DNA of 64,000 nucleotides, taken from assembly GCA_027487145.1 (NCBI GenBank), contig JAIYEC010000070.1:4477-68476 (forward strand). Direction: 5' to 3'. Each line of letters opens with the position of its first letter. The first letter of the stretch is position 1. The stretch comes from a bacterium. Lineage in GTDB: Bacteria; Patescibacteriota; Minisyncoccia; Phycocordibacterales; UBA918. The notes beneath the pieces are model-generated. The model saw only the letters and a program-made list of their open reading frames with translations, was not told the origin of the DNA and did no database searches. The translations under genes were made by a program, and so were the position numbers. Shown piece after piece: positions 1 through 9,385 of this stretch.

Positions 1-1552
1 TATCGTATCGAATATCGCCAAGAGCAAACCAAACGACATCCTCGTGAAGCACTTTAGTGGTACCTATGTCGCTCCTTCCCTTTCGCTCCTAAATAAAGAA
101 AGTGGCAAGGCAAATATTGGAGACGTAAAAGCGAACGCCAACACTATCAAGCGAACCCTCGCTGACTTCGGTATCTCAGTTGAGATGGACGCGGTGGAGA
201 GTGGACCGACTATCACCCGCTATGCACTTAAGCCAGCGCAAGGTGTCCGTATCGCTCGCATCGCTGGACTCCAACAAGAGCTTCAGTTGGCACTGAAGGC
301 TAGCTCGATTCGAGTCGAAGCACCGATTCCAGGAAAGTCGCTCGTGGGTATTGAAGTGCCAAACCAGACGCGGGCTACCGTTGGGCTTGCCTCCCTTCTC
401 GCCACCCCAGAGTACACCGACTCACCTCACCCACTCATTGCTGCGCTTGGAAAAGATGTAACCGGTAACGTACACTTCACCAACATTGCTCGTATGCCAC
501 ACGGACTGATTGCCGGTACCACCGGTTCGGGAAAGTCGGTTACGATTCAAAACATCATCATCTCGCTGCTCTACCGAAACTCTCCTGAACAGCTGCGACT
601 TATCTTGGTCGACCCAAAGCGAGTAGAACTCACTCTCTATAATAAAATCCCTCACCTTCTTACCCCGGTTATCACTGATGCCAAGAAGGCCATCCGCGCG
701 CTCTCATGGGCGGTAAAGGAAATGGAACGACGGTACGACCTTCTTGAAGCTGAACAGGTGCAGAACATCGCCTCATACCACAAAAACATCTACCAGCCGG
801 CCAAGAAGGAGTGGGAGAAGAAAGGCAAGCCAGAGGAGGAACAAATCAATCTGCCTGAAGCTCTCCCCTACATCGTGATTATTCTCGATGAGCTCAACGA
901 CCTCATGCAGGCCTACCCACGTGAACTTGAAGGTTGTATCGTGCGCTTGGCTCAGATGAGTCGTGCGGTAGGTATTCACCTCATCTTGGCTACCCAGCGT
1001 CCGTCGGTGAACGTTATCACCGGTACGATTAAGGCAAACGTACCAACTCGTATTGCGCTGGCGGTAGCCTCTCAGATTGACTCACGGACGATTATCGACA
1101 CGGTTGGGGCTGAGAAGCTCCTAGGAGCCGGAGACATGCTCTACCTCTCAAGTGACTCCCCTCGTCCGTATCGTCTTCAGTCAGCCTTCATCTCAGAAGA
1201 AGAGATTAAGCGCGTGGTGGAATATCTCCGTAATCAAGCCGCCGATACCCTTGAGACACTCGACCTAGATAGTAAAGAAGACTCGGGAGCTGATAGCTTC
1301 ATGCGCTCACTGACCGGAAGTGAAGAAACTGAGGACGACCTCTACGAAGACGCTAAAGCAGCCGTCCTTGAGGCTGGTAAGGCTTCCACCTCATACCTCC
1401 AGCGAAAACTGCGGGTTGGATACTCTCGGGCGGCTAGACTGATTGATCTCTTGGAAGAAAATGGTGTCATTGGTCCACAAGACGGAGCGCGACCACGAGA
1501 AATCCTTGGTAGCGGTGGTGGTGACAGCTCAGAGAGTCGAGACATGGAATAG
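1..1552 (+). CDS. ftsK: DNA translocase FtsK/SpoIIIE, C-terminal motor and gamma domain; 5' end lies outside the window
   Basis: The reading frame is open to nt 1. Walker A GTTGSGKSV is present, with an ATQRPS motif and a C-terminal winged-helix gamma domain (YLQRKLRVGYSRAARLIDLLEENGVIG). Confidence 0.9.
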   Translation, partial: IVSNIAKSKPNDILVKHFSGTYVAPSLSLLNKESGKANIGDVKANANTIKRTLADFGISVEMDAVESGPTITRYALKPAQGVRIARIAGLQQELQLALKASSIRVEAPIPGKSLVGIEVPNQTRATVGLASLLATPEYTDSPHPLIAALGKDVTGNVHFTNIARMPHGLIAGTTGSGKSVTIQNIIISLLYRNSPEQLRLILVDPKRVELTLYNKIPHLLTPVITDAKKAIRALSWAVKEMERRYDLLEAEQVQNIASYHKNIYQPAKKEWEKKGKPEEEQINLPEALPYIVIILDELNDLMQAYPRELEGCIVRLAQMSRAVGIHLILATQRPSVNVITGTIKANVPTRIALAVASQIDSRTIIDTVGAEKLLGAGDMLYLSSDSPRPYRLQSAFISEEEIKRVVEYLRNQAADTLETLDLDSKEDSGADSFMRSLTGSEETEDDLYEDAKAAVLEAGKASTSYLQRKLRVGYSRAARLIDLLEENGVIGPQDGARPREILGSGGGDSSESRDME

Positions 1553-1554
1553 CT

Positions 1555-1935
1555 ATGTACGGTATCTCAGAAAAAGACACCTACCCACTTCGTACCCTCC
1601 TTAAGTACTGGATTATTGCCATCGTAACTCTCCTCATACTGGGGTTTGTGATATTCCAGGCTCGCTTCCTCATCACTGGACCACGAATCGTGCTCGATGA
1701 CCTACCTGAGGGACCATACAATACGCAACAAATAACCATTTCTGGGGGCGCCTATAATATTTCCAGGCTCTGGCTTAATGATCGGCCAATTTATACTGAC
1801 GCCAAAGGGAGGTTTGAAGAGGCTATCGTGCTTGAAAACGGCTATACAGTAGCTACCCTGCGGGCGGAGGATAGATATGGACGAACGACGAGAGTGAGTA
1901 CTCCTTTAGTATATATTCCAGCCAGCCTCAAGTAG
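1555..1935 (+). CDS. hypothetical small membrane protein (one TM helix)
   Basis: ORF lies 3 nt after the ftsK stop. It has a hydrophobic helix IIAIVTLLILGFVIF and no recognisable motif. Confidence 0.45.
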   Translation: MYGISEKDTYPLRTLLKYWIIAIVTLLILGFVIFQARFLITGPRIVLDDLPEGPYNTQQITISGGAYNISRLWLNDRPIYTDAKGRFEEAIVLENGYTVATLRAEDRYGRTTRVSTPLVYIPASLK

Positions 1936-2040
1936 GGTCTACGCACATGGCACTCTCCATCGGATTGCACTCATTTACATAGACACTATAAAATCTAAAA
2001 TACGGTATACTAGTAGCACTTTAGAATTGTAATTAAACTT

Positions 2041-3177
2041 ATGGCAGCCAAAAAATCTACCACCAAGAAGGCCCCTGTCGTTGCGCGCAAGGCAGGAGAA
2101 AAAAGTGACGTGAACGACATTGCAGAGACCCTACGAAGCATCAAGACTAAGTTCGGCGATGAAGCCATCATGACACTTGATGAAACTAAGAAGGTTGATG
2201 TTGAGTCGGTGTCTTCTGGATCAATCGGTCTTGATGATGCCCTTGGTATCGGCGGATACCCACGCGGACGTATTATCGAAATCTTTGGTCCTGAATCTTC
2301 AGGTAAGACTACCCTTTCCCTTCATGCTGTAGCTGAGGCGCAAAAGGCTGGCGGTATCTGTGCGTTTATCGACGCAGAACACGCCATGGATCCAGAGTAC
2401 GCTCGCAAGCTTGGAGTAAAACTCGATGAGCTGCTTATCTCTCAGCCAGACAATGGTGAGCAAGCACTCGAAATCGTTGAATCACTCGTCCGTACGGGAA
2501 AGATCGATGTGATTGTGATTGACTCAGTGGCTGCCCTTACCCCACGAGATGAGATTGAAGGTGAAATGGGAGCGCACCACGTAGGAAAGCAAGCTCGTCT
2601 TATGAGCCAGGCACTGCGAAAACTCACTGGTATTGTGTCTAAGTCTAAGACCGTGATTATCTTCATCAACCAAATCCGTATGCAGGTTGGCGTAATGTTT
2701 GGTAACCCAGAAACAACTCCCGGCGGAAAGGCACTAAAGTTCTACACCTCAGTCCGTCTTGATATTCGTCGTATTGCCCAAATTAAGAAAGGTGAAGAAG
2801 TGGTTGGTGGTCGCCACCGAGTGAAGGTGGTAAAGAACAAGGTAGCTCCCCCATTTAGGGCGACTGAGTTTGACGTCCTCTACGGTGAAGGTATTTCAAT
2901 TGAAGGTGAACTCCTCGCGCTTGGTGAGAAGTACAAGATGGTTCGAAAAAGCGGCGCATCATACACCTACCTCCCTCCTGGCGGTGATGAATCAACTGAA
3001 GTGAAGCTTGGTCGTGGGTATGATGCTGCACGTACCACCATTCGTGGCGATAAGAAGCTCAAGACTGAACTCCTTAAAAACATTCGTAAATGTCTTAAAG
3101 ATGAAGCAGCGAGCGGTGGCTACACCGCTGCAGTAGCATCGGCGAGCGCTGATGATGAGGTAGAGCCAGCTGAGTAA
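2041..3177 (+). CDS. recA: recombinase RecA
   Basis: Walker [10 protein letters not shown] and the canonical RecA core ([39 protein letters not shown]). The C-terminal tail is acidic. Confidence 0.95.
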   Translation: MAAKKSTTKKAPVVARKAGEKSDVNDIAETLRSIKTKFGDEAIMTLDETKKVDVESVSSGSIGLDDALGIGGYPRGRIIEIFGPESSGKTTLSLHAVAEAQKAGGICAFIDAEHAMDPEYARKLGVKLDELLISQPDNGEQALEIVESLVRTGKIDVIVIDSVAALTPRDEIEGEMGAHHVGKQARLMSQALRKLTGIVSKSKTVIIFINQIRMQVGVMFGNPETTPGGKALKFYTSVRLDIRRIAQIKKGEEVVGGRHRVKVVKNKVAPPFRATEFDVLYGEGISIEGELLALGEKYKMVRKSGASYTYLPPGGDESTEVKLGRGYDAARTTIRGDKKLKTELLKNIRKCLKDEAASGGYTAAVASASADDEVEPAE

Positions 3178-3189
3178 CCTGTTCAAAAG

Positions 3190-3224
3190 AAAACCGCCGG
3201 GACCATGGTCCCGGCGGTTTTTTA
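3190..3224. terminator. rho-independent terminator between recA and a convergent gene
   Basis: GC hairpin ccgccgggacc..ggtcccggcgg followed by a T6 run, with an A-run on the other side, so it could act in both directions. Confidence 0.7.
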
Positions 3225-3231
3225 GCTTTAT

Positions 3232-3573
3232 TTAGGTAGTTTGCATTTTTCTTAGTGACAGTAGGACAGGTAAAGCCTTGGCAATGAAAGAAATACTGAG
3301 ACCAATCATGAATACTGATACGAGGACGGTGAGTACCTCTCCCCCATTTAGCGCATTTACGAAAGCATGAAAGACAAAATCTGGAGTACTTGAAAGTGGT
3401 ACGGAGCTCACGTTGTGAGAAATGGCGGCGACATGTGTCAGACGCCCGAACAAAGCAATTGAAGCACCGAGCAACACTCCCTGCCAAAGAGCGGCTGAGG
3501 TGGCGATGCTAATGGCGTACGAATAGTACACGCGGCGCATAATTTTATTTTTAACTGTATTTGTTGTGCTCAT
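3232..3573 (-). CDS. hypothetical membrane protein
   Basis: ORF with several hydrophobic segments and no motif. Confidence 0.45.
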   Translation of the reverse strand: MSTTNTVKNKIMRRVYYSYAISIATSAALWQGVLLGASIALFGRLTHVAAISHNVSSVPLSSTPDFVFHAFVNALNGGEVLTVLVSVFMIGLSISFIAKALPVLLSLRKMQTT

Positions 3574-3729
3574 AAGATTTTGTGATGTTTTAATATTTGT
3601 GCGTCCAGCAATTTTTGACAGGAAAGAGTCAAAAATTGGGACGTAAATTCAGAATAATCGCTACGCTCATTTCTTCATTTATGCCATACGGTTATTATTA
3701 CACCGATTGAGATAAAAAGGTTACGAATC

Positions 3730-3856
3730 TATAGCGCCAGGAAATCTGTGAAGTGCAAGGCGTGGGAGGAACTTGGCATGAGTCGTACTTGGTGTACGGT
3801 GAATGACAAGTTACTGAACCACAACGAAGCAATTTGCGATTTCCTGGCGCTATAGC
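3730..3856. repeat. 17-bp perfect inverted repeat (tatagcgccaggaaatc / gatttcctggcgctata) enclosing about 92 bp, overlapping the sigma-factor stop codon
   Basis: Read directly from the sequence. The arms are at 3730-3746 and 3839-3856, and the interior contains an additional cgtac/gtacg hairpin. Confidence 0.6.
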
Positions 3857-4440
3857 AATGCTTCGGCCTCCCCATCCTTACTCTCCTTCTTAAAAGCTGC
3901 CTTGGCTCGGTGAATACGGGCTTTAATGGTACCGACATTCTCCCCTGTCTCAGATGCAATATCTTCTTGGCTCCAGCGCTCGAGGTAATGAAGACGAAGG
4001 ACATAGGCGAGATGTTCTGGTAAACGCTCGAGGATTCTCTCTATACCATCTCGCTTTTCGGCAAAGCCACTGTGTTCTTTCATCTCACCGATAAATTGTT
4101 CAAACTCAGGATCAATAGCGGTAAAGCGCTGCCCTTCTTTAATGAGCTTTTGGTAGCGCGTGAAAGCCGTGTTCATAAGGATACGGTAGGCCCAAGAAGA
4201 GAACTTGGCGCCTGACTGTGGTTCGTACTTGTCAGCGTAGACGTATATTTTGGTAAACGCGTCTTGTACAATCTCCTCGGCATCGCGAGGATCATGAACA
4301 ATCCCTTTGGCCTTACGCAGAAACGGCTCTTGGTACCGATCGACTAACACTGAGAAAAGCCATGGTTGCGCCCGAGACACCATGAGAATCTGTTCATCTT
4401 CCCAATCTTGGATATCTGCTAATGAATTTACGCCAAACAT
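3850..4440 (-). CDS. RNA polymerase sigma factor, ECF (sigma-70 family group 4)
   Basis: Region 2 (FTKIYVYADKYEP..FSSWAYRI) and region 4 HTH (LRLHYLERWSQEDIASETGENVGTIKARIHRAK). Confidence 0.8.
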   Translation of the reverse strand: MFGVNSLADIQDWEDEQILMVSRAQPWLFSVLVDRYQEPFLRKAKGIVHDPRDAEEIVQDAFTKIYVYADKYEPQSGAKFSSWAYRILMNTAFTRYQKLIKEGQRFTAIDPEFEQFIGEMKEHSGFAEKRDGIERILERLPEHLAYVLRLHYLERWSQEDIASETGENVGTIKARIHRAKAAFKKESKDGEAEALL

Positions 4441-4672
4441 ATGTTTTATAGTATCACCCTAATGAATTAATAGTAGTTTTACGTTTCATAGTAAATCTGC
4501 TATAAATAGTCACTTGATTAGTATTTATTTAATTGAGCAGCAAGACAAGGGGTGGTCATTACGACCTCCTTTACAGCTCGCCACCGCTGGATTCTCCCTT
4601 AGGAGGGGTCGGATCCAGCGAGGCGCCTGTATATTTTCGAAATAGTCGAGCTTCGCTCTCCTTTTCTCAAAC

Positions 4673-5248
4673 ATGGCCGTCTTATCTTATAACGAAATAA
4701 CTCTTAAGAAAGTGATCCTTCACGAAGGTGAGCCATATCTTGTAGTAGCATCTCACGTATTCCGCAAACAACAGCGAAAGCCGGTTAATATCACCAAATT
4801 AAAAGGTTTGAAGTCTGGTCGAGTACTTGAAGTCACCTTCCATCAAAACGAAACGGTTGAAGAAGCTGATATGGAAACTCGAACAGTGACTTTTATCTAC
4901 CGTAAGCCGGGCGAATATTGGTTCCATACTGCCGGAAAAGCGGCTGAGCGGTTTGCACTCTCTGAAGAGCTGGTTGGTGACCAAGGACGCTTCCTGAAAG
5001 AACGTACTGACATCGACGCGATTGTTTTTGATGATGAAGTGATTGGCCTTAAGATGCCGATTAAGATGGAACTCAAGGTAAAAGAAGCGATGGACGCGGT
5101 AAAGGGCAATACTTCAAGTGGCGCCTTAAAAGAAGTTACGCTGGAGACTGGCGCAACGATTATGGCTCCGATGTTCATTAATGCCGGTGACATCATTAGT
5201 GTTAATACCGAAACAGGAGATTACTCAGAACGAATTGAGAAAGCATAA
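4673..5248 (+). CDS. efp: translation elongation factor P
   Basis: 191 aa. The N-terminal KOW-like region (KKVILHEGEPYLVV..FRKQQRKP) and the OB domains match the EF-P architecture. Confidence 0.85.
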   Translation: MAVLSYNEITLKKVILHEGEPYLVVASHVFRKQQRKPVNITKLKGLKSGRVLEVTFHQNETVEEADMETRTVTFIYRKPGEYWFHTAGKAAERFALSEELVGDQGRFLKERTDIDAIVFDDEVIGLKMPIKMELKVKEAMDAVKGNTSSGALKEVTLETGATIMAPMFINAGDIISVNTETGDYSERIEKA

Positions 5249-5261
5249 TAACTTATATAGT

Positions 5262-5295
5262 GAAAGGCCGCGCGGTATAGCGCGGCCTTTTTTGC
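5262..5295 (+). terminator. rho-independent terminator after efp
   Basis: Hairpin ggccgcgcggtatagcgcgcggcc followed by TTTTTT. Confidence 0.75.
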
Positions 5296-5515
5296 AGAAA
5301 GGAAAATGAATCTGTTATGGGAACAAATTGATTTTCCCTTCCACTTCAAGAACATAAAGAATGAACGCCTCCACTCCGAAAATAAAGATTGAAATACCTA
5401 TCTGAATAGCCCAAAATTGCCAGTCAGGATTACTCTTACTGAAGATATTTTTAAACTTATTTCTCACAAGAATCTCCTTCCGGCAAGAATTTAAACAAAT
5501 TTTATATTTAAAGTC

Positions 5516-5551
5516 AAAAAGGGCCGGCGCGATAGCGCCGGCTTTTCTTTT
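5516..5551. terminator. bidirectional hairpin terminator
   Basis: aaaaagggccggcgcgatagcgccggcttttctttt. Confidence 0.6.
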
Positions 5552-5568
5552 ACCTCATGTCCTTGTTT

Positions 5569-5778
5569 TCACCACCAGGGCCCACAGCTCTCAAAAATGA
5601 GAATACTCGCTAGGGTGGTAACGACCACAATGAGGATCACCCACCCAAACACGGACATTCTTCGATTATCCCCGTCTCTTTCCCTCTCCTCTATAGCAAG
5701 AATTTCTGGCGGTATCTCTATCTTAGAAAATCGATCTCTTTCGCGAAGATAAAAGACGTTGGTTTCATTATCAGACAC
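5569..5778 (-). CDS. hypothetical small membrane protein
   Basis: 69-aa ORF with a C-terminal TM helix. A second ORF of about 40 aa with a TM helix (about 5790-5912, minus strand) lies just upstream with a GGAGAG RBS. Confidence 0.35.
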   Translation of the reverse strand: MSDNETNVFYLRERDRFSKIEIPPEILAIEERERDGDNRRMSVFGWVILIVVVTTLASILIFESCGPWW

Positions 5779-5956
5779 GACACTCCCCTCCTCAAATGAG
5801 TCGTATGAATAAAATGATAACAGACGCCAAGACGATACCCGGAATCGCGATGACTTCCGGATACAGCTTTGTGGTGCTGGCAGGCTCGAAATCAGGCGGT
5901 TTTTGGAACTCCATGGTCACTCTCCCTTCTCCATAATTAGGGTAGCATGCTGTGAG

Positions 5957-6003
5957 AAAAAGAAAAGAGCGGACACCAAAGGTGTCCGCTCTTTTCTTTT
6001 TTT
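5957..6003 (-). terminator. rho-independent terminator after rpsR
   Basis: Long hairpin gagcggacacc..ggtgtccgctc flanked by A/T runs. Confidence 0.7.
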
Positions 6004-6005
6004 GA

Positions 6006-6206
6006 TTAGTGCTTGATGTATGGCATGAGGGCCATGAAGCGTGCTCGCTTGATAGCGGTTGCGAAGTTTCGCTGTCCCTTGGCTGTCATACGAGTACGAC
6101 GACGGCTCATCATACGAGCGTGTGGGTTCACATGAGCTCCAAGACGAACGATGTCTTTGTAGTCGATGTGATTGTTTAGGGTAGAAGTTTTAGTTGTTTC
6201 TGTCAT
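6006..6206 (-). CDS. rpsR: 30S ribosomal protein S18
   Basis: 66-aa basic protein (RRRTRMTAKGQRNFATAIKRARFMALMP), third gene of an rpsF-ssb-rpsR cluster. Confidence 0.85.
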   Translation of the reverse strand: MTETTKTSTLNNHIDYKDIVRLGAHVNPHARMMSRRRTRMTAKGQRNFATAIKRARFMALMPYIKH

Positions 6207-6359
6207 ATAGGTTTTTAGGTTTCTAGTAAAAATATTTCAGATTTCTAGAGTAAAGATGACCAAGATACGCGGAGCGGAAGCAAAATAATCTGAATGGGAC
6301 CAAAGTCCAGTGAAGGTTATTTTGCGTACTGCGACAAAGTAGATTGGTTATATTTTACT

Positions 6360-6803
6360 CTAGAAAGGGATGTCCTCGGGGTTAATTTCTTCTTCTGGAT
6401 AGTCAGGAAGCGCCGGAGCTCGGTTATCATCCTGTGGGTTGTTCCCAACCGGAGCAGGACTTGGAGCGCCACCGCCACTACTCTTTGGACCAAATTGTAC
6501 TCGATCAGCTACGATTTCAGTGCGGTACTGCTTCTGGCCATCCTTGTCCCAACTACGAGTCTGGAGACGACCTTCTACGTATACACCGCTTCCCTTAGTA
6601 AGCCACTTGGCTGACGTTTCAGCCTGCTTTCCGAATACCACGACATTGTGATAATCAGTGTTCTCCTGTCGCTTGCCATCACGGTCTACATAGACACGAT
6701 TAGTTGCAATTGAAAGTGAACATACTTGCATCCCGCTTGGGAGGGCTTTCATTTCGGGATCACGGGTGAGGTTCCCGTACACCATAGCTTTATTGAGGTA
6801 CAT
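6360..6803 (-). CDS. ssb: single-stranded DNA-binding protein
   Basis: OB-fold (NKAMVYGNLTRDPE..HNVVVFGKQAE), a Gly/Pro-rich linker, and an acidic C-terminal tail ending in DIPF. Confidence 0.9.
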   Translation of the reverse strand: MYLNKAMVYGNLTRDPEMKALPSGMQVCSLSIATNRVYVDRDGKRQENTDYHNVVVFGKQAETSAKWLTKGSGVYVEGRLQTRSWDKDGQKQYRTEIVADRVQFGPKSSGGGAPSPAPVGNNPQDDNRAPALPDYPEEEINPEDIPF

Positions 6804-6832
6804 AAGAAGAGAAATTAGTTAGTATGAAGAGA

Positions 6833-7357
6833 TTATACCGTTTCTTCTTCAGTGTCGCCATCTTGAGCAACCACCTCAGTTTCTTCAGCTTCTCCTTCTT
6901 CTACGGCTACCTCAGCTACTTCTTCAAGGACAATTGTTTCTACCTTTCGATCTGCAATTGCAGGGTGGAAAAGAAACGGATTAGCTTCTTCTACCTTGGT
7001 GAGACGGATGATGAGGTGACGAAGGATTTCCTTTGTTCCCTCAACTGACTCGGTAATTTCAGCAATTTTGTCTGGAGTAACGGTAAAACGGACCCAGCCG
7101 AAGTACGCGCTACTAAACTTTCGGTTACGACCTTCAAGGAATTTTACGATTTCGTACGCAAGATCGAATCGAGCTGGCGCTTCCTCTGAAGTAACCTGGC
7201 CACCAACTGTGGTGATAGCTGCTTTGATACGGCCAAAGACGGCTGACACTTCCCCTTCAGCAACCGTTGGAAGTACGTGGAAGGCTAGTTCGTAGGACAT
7301 GAGATCTTTCTCAACTCCTGCGACAGCCTCGGCTGCTGGCATATTTGTATCTGTCAT
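6833..7357 (-). CDS. rpsF: 30S ribosomal protein S6 with an acidic C-terminal extension
   Basis: An S6-like core (YELAFHVLP..GRIKAAIT..LAYEI) precedes ssb and rpsR. The tail is rich in Glu and Asp. Confidence 0.75.
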   Translation of the reverse strand: MTDTNMPAAEAVAGVEKDLMSYELAFHVLPTVAEGEVSAVFGRIKAAITTVGGQVTSEEAPARFDLAYEIVKFLEGRNRKFSSAYFGWVRFTVTPDKIAEITESVEGTKEILRHLIIRLTKVEEANPFLFHPAIADRKVETIVLEEVAEVAVEEGEAEETEVVAQDGDTEEETV

Positions 7358-7461
7358 TATGTTTTGTTTATGGCGGGCGAACCCTCCAACTTGTAACGGG
7401 CCAAATCTACCACAAATACCAACCTATATCAAGGTTTTTGAACGTGGTACACTTATGGTGT

Positions 7462-8382
7462 ATGAAGCGTGTATCAGTTAGTTCTCGCAATAGCATAATT
7501 GTCCTTTTATCGGCCCTTTTAGCCCTTTTAGCCTTCGTTTTGTGGCGGCAAGACGATCTCCAGCAAGCCAGAATAAACGCACTTGAAGCAGAACGAGATA
7601 CTCTCAAAACTGAGCTAGCTTCAAGTACTGTTGCTGCAAGTAGCACCATTACAGCGCTTCAAGCAGAGCTTTTTACCCTTAAAGAGGAGTATGGTCTCTT
7701 AAGTGAAGACTACTCTGGTGAACTTGATCGAAACAATGACTTCCAAAAGCAAATCAGGACCATCAGTCGGACTGTCGGCGTGCTCGATAAGCTCTCAAAA
7801 ACAGATGAAGAGCTTTTGCAAAAGTACTCAAAAGTATACTTCTTAAATGAACACTACGTGCCTGAGTCTCTCGCACAAATTGAGAACGAATGGAAATACA
7901 CTGAGACAAAAGATTTGAAGCTCCACTCAAAGGTAATCCCCTTTTTCAATGATATGGTAAAAGACGCCAAAGCTGACGGGGTTGATTTGTGGGTAGTGTC
8001 TGCCTACCGATCATTTGGTGATCAGGCGGTGCTTAAGGGTCAATACCTGACTACATATGGTAGTGGAGCCAATGCCTTCTCGGCCGATCAAGGCTTCTCT
8101 GAACATCAACTTGGGACAACTCTCGACTTTACTACAAAAGGTCTCGGGGGTGGACTTGAAGGGTTTGGCGACACCCCAGCCTTTTTGTGGCTGAAAGAAA
8201 ATGCTCATAAGTACGGCTTTGTCATGTCTTACCCGCCAAATAACTCCTTCTACCAATACGAACCTTGGCACTGGCGGTTTGTTGGCCAAAAGCTAGCCAA
8301 AGACATGCATAGTAGTGGTGCCTTCTTCTACGACTGGGACCAGCGAAAGATTGATGGGTATCTGGTGAATATATTCGATTAG
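7462..8382 (+). CDS. D-alanyl-D-alanine carboxypeptidase-like peptidase (M15B/VanY family), membrane anchored
   Basis: Motifs SAYRSF..Q, SEHQLGTTLD and EPWHWRF. An N-terminal TM helix is followed by a coiled coil. I chose the ATG at 7462 because the longer ORF starting at 7345 overlaps the rpsF start. Confidence 0.7.
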   Translation: MKRVSVSSRNSIIVLLSALLALLAFVLWRQDDLQQARINALEAERDTLKTELASSTVAASSTITALQAELFTLKEEYGLLSEDYSGELDRNNDFQKQIRTISRTVGVLDKLSKTDEELLQKYSKVYFLNEHYVPESLAQIENEWKYTETKDLKLHSKVIPFFNDMVKDAKADGVDLWVVSAYRSFGDQAVLKGQYLTTYGSGANAFSADQGFSEHQLGTTLDFTTKGLGGGLEGFGDTPAFLWLKENAHKYGFVMSYPPNNSFYQYEPWHWRFVGQKLAKDMHSSGAFFYDWDQRKIDGYLVNIFD

Positions 8383-8392
8383 CACATATAAA

Positions 8393-8424
8393 TAGCCGGG
8401 ACGCAAAGCGTCCCGGCTTCTTTC
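8393..8424. terminator. hairpin terminator
   Basis: gccgggacgcaaagcgtcccggc followed by ttcttt. Confidence 0.6.
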
Positions 8425-8704
8425 ATCCTGCAAAATCAACCTCATCGCGGTAACGAATGGCGTCATCTGGTTCAGCATAGTCATACCAAAGACAATGATC
8501 AGTTGGATCCTCGCTGTCACAATAAGCACATTCGCCTTCCGGACAGAGATCTTCCCCCCATACCACATACCGTCCATCGAGACGCTGTATCATGTGTGGA
8601 CCATCATGTCCTTCCGGACGCATGCAGGGTAAGGAGAGTTTACTCTCGGGTGAACTGTCGAGAACGTCGGTTCTACATACCAAAATTCCACACGTCTTCG
8701 TCAT
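8423..8704 (-). CDS. hypothetical cysteine-rich small protein
   Basis: The ORF has about 11 Cys residues (CPEGECAYCDSEDPTDHC). It is preceded by a 55-codon ORF (8712-8876, minus strand) that has a GAGGAG RBS between the two. Confidence 0.35.
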   Translation of the reverse strand: MTKTCGILVCRTDVLDSSPESKLSLPCMRPEGHDGPHMIQRLDGRYVVWGEDLCPEGECAYCDSEDPTDHCLWYDYAEPDDAIRYRDEVDFAG

Positions 8705-8925
8705 CACAGTTCTCCTCACAAAGGTTGGCCAAACCTGTCTCGAACAAGTGCGCCTGCTTCATCGACATAGTATCCTCTGTCGTTACAGAAACGTACACCT
8801 TGTTTTTTTGCTGCCTCTTGATTGGTAAAGTATTGCGGCGAAAAGTCTGGATCTAACTCTGTTTTAGGTTCAGACATAAAAACCTTCCTTTCTTATTTTA
8901 CCCTATCAAGAAAGAACGACGCTGG

Positions 8926-9368
8926 CTATAGCCAGCGTCGTAAATGGGCAATCGCATATTTAAGAGCTTTTAAATCTCCCCACGCTATCGCCCGATTGAT
9001 CGGACCGCCGGTATAATCACGAACCAAAACAAAAGCAATGCCGTGTTTTTTACAAAGTTTGCGCTTTTTTCAATACGGTCCGTTGCTCGGGCGCAAAACT
9101 CTTCCAACTGAGCAGCAGAAGGTTTGTGGAATTTTCGATACATTCTAACGCCTCGCTGCGTTACCTGTACTGGAAATATCTGACTATCTCTAGGCATTTT
9201 CACCCAGAAGTCTATTCCACCAGAGTCTTCTCGTCTGGTTGCTGGTATGACATACCCTCGTCTCATTTTGAGATTGTTGCGACTTCGACTCAATCGAAAG
9301 CCGTGGTAAAGCAACGACGAAACAAAAATTGACTCCCGTTGAGGGAGCTTTCGATGAATACTCATCAC
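8926..9368 (-). pseudogene. hypothetical protein gene apparently frameshifted at a homopolymer (T6 at 9045-9050)
   Basis: The 127-aa ORF stops at 8985. The +1 frame continues with a clean 40-aa C-terminus (KHGIAFVLVRDYTGGPINRAIAWGDLKALKYAIAHLRRWL) that ends inside a terminator hairpin at 8917-8940. Confidence 0.45.
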
Positions 9369-9385
9369 TCCCTCCAGAAATCTAA

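Noticed and set aside
422-1545. Antisense ORFs (422-655, 773-979, 1342-1545) inside ftsK.
   Set aside because: They are fully embedded in a strongly supported coding region on the opposite strand and have no motifs, so they are most likely frame artefacts.
2442-3487. Antisense and overlapping ORFs within and after recA (2442-2669, 2992-3186, 3095-3487).
   Set aside because: They overlap recA or the terminator. The one at 3095-3487 also overlaps the better-supported membrane-protein ORF at 3232-3573 in another frame.
4540-4672. A possible structured leader or riboswitch upstream of efp (imperfect stems around gctcgccaccgctgg..ccagcgaggcgcc).
   Set aside because: The pairing is imperfect and I see no recognisable riboswitch consensus. 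I keep it only as a low-confidence note.
7345-7461. Upstream extension of the carboxypeptidase ORF starting at 7345.
   Set aside because: It overlaps the rpsF start on the opposite strand and adds non-conserved residues. The internal ATG at 7462 gives a typical signal-anchor N-terminus.
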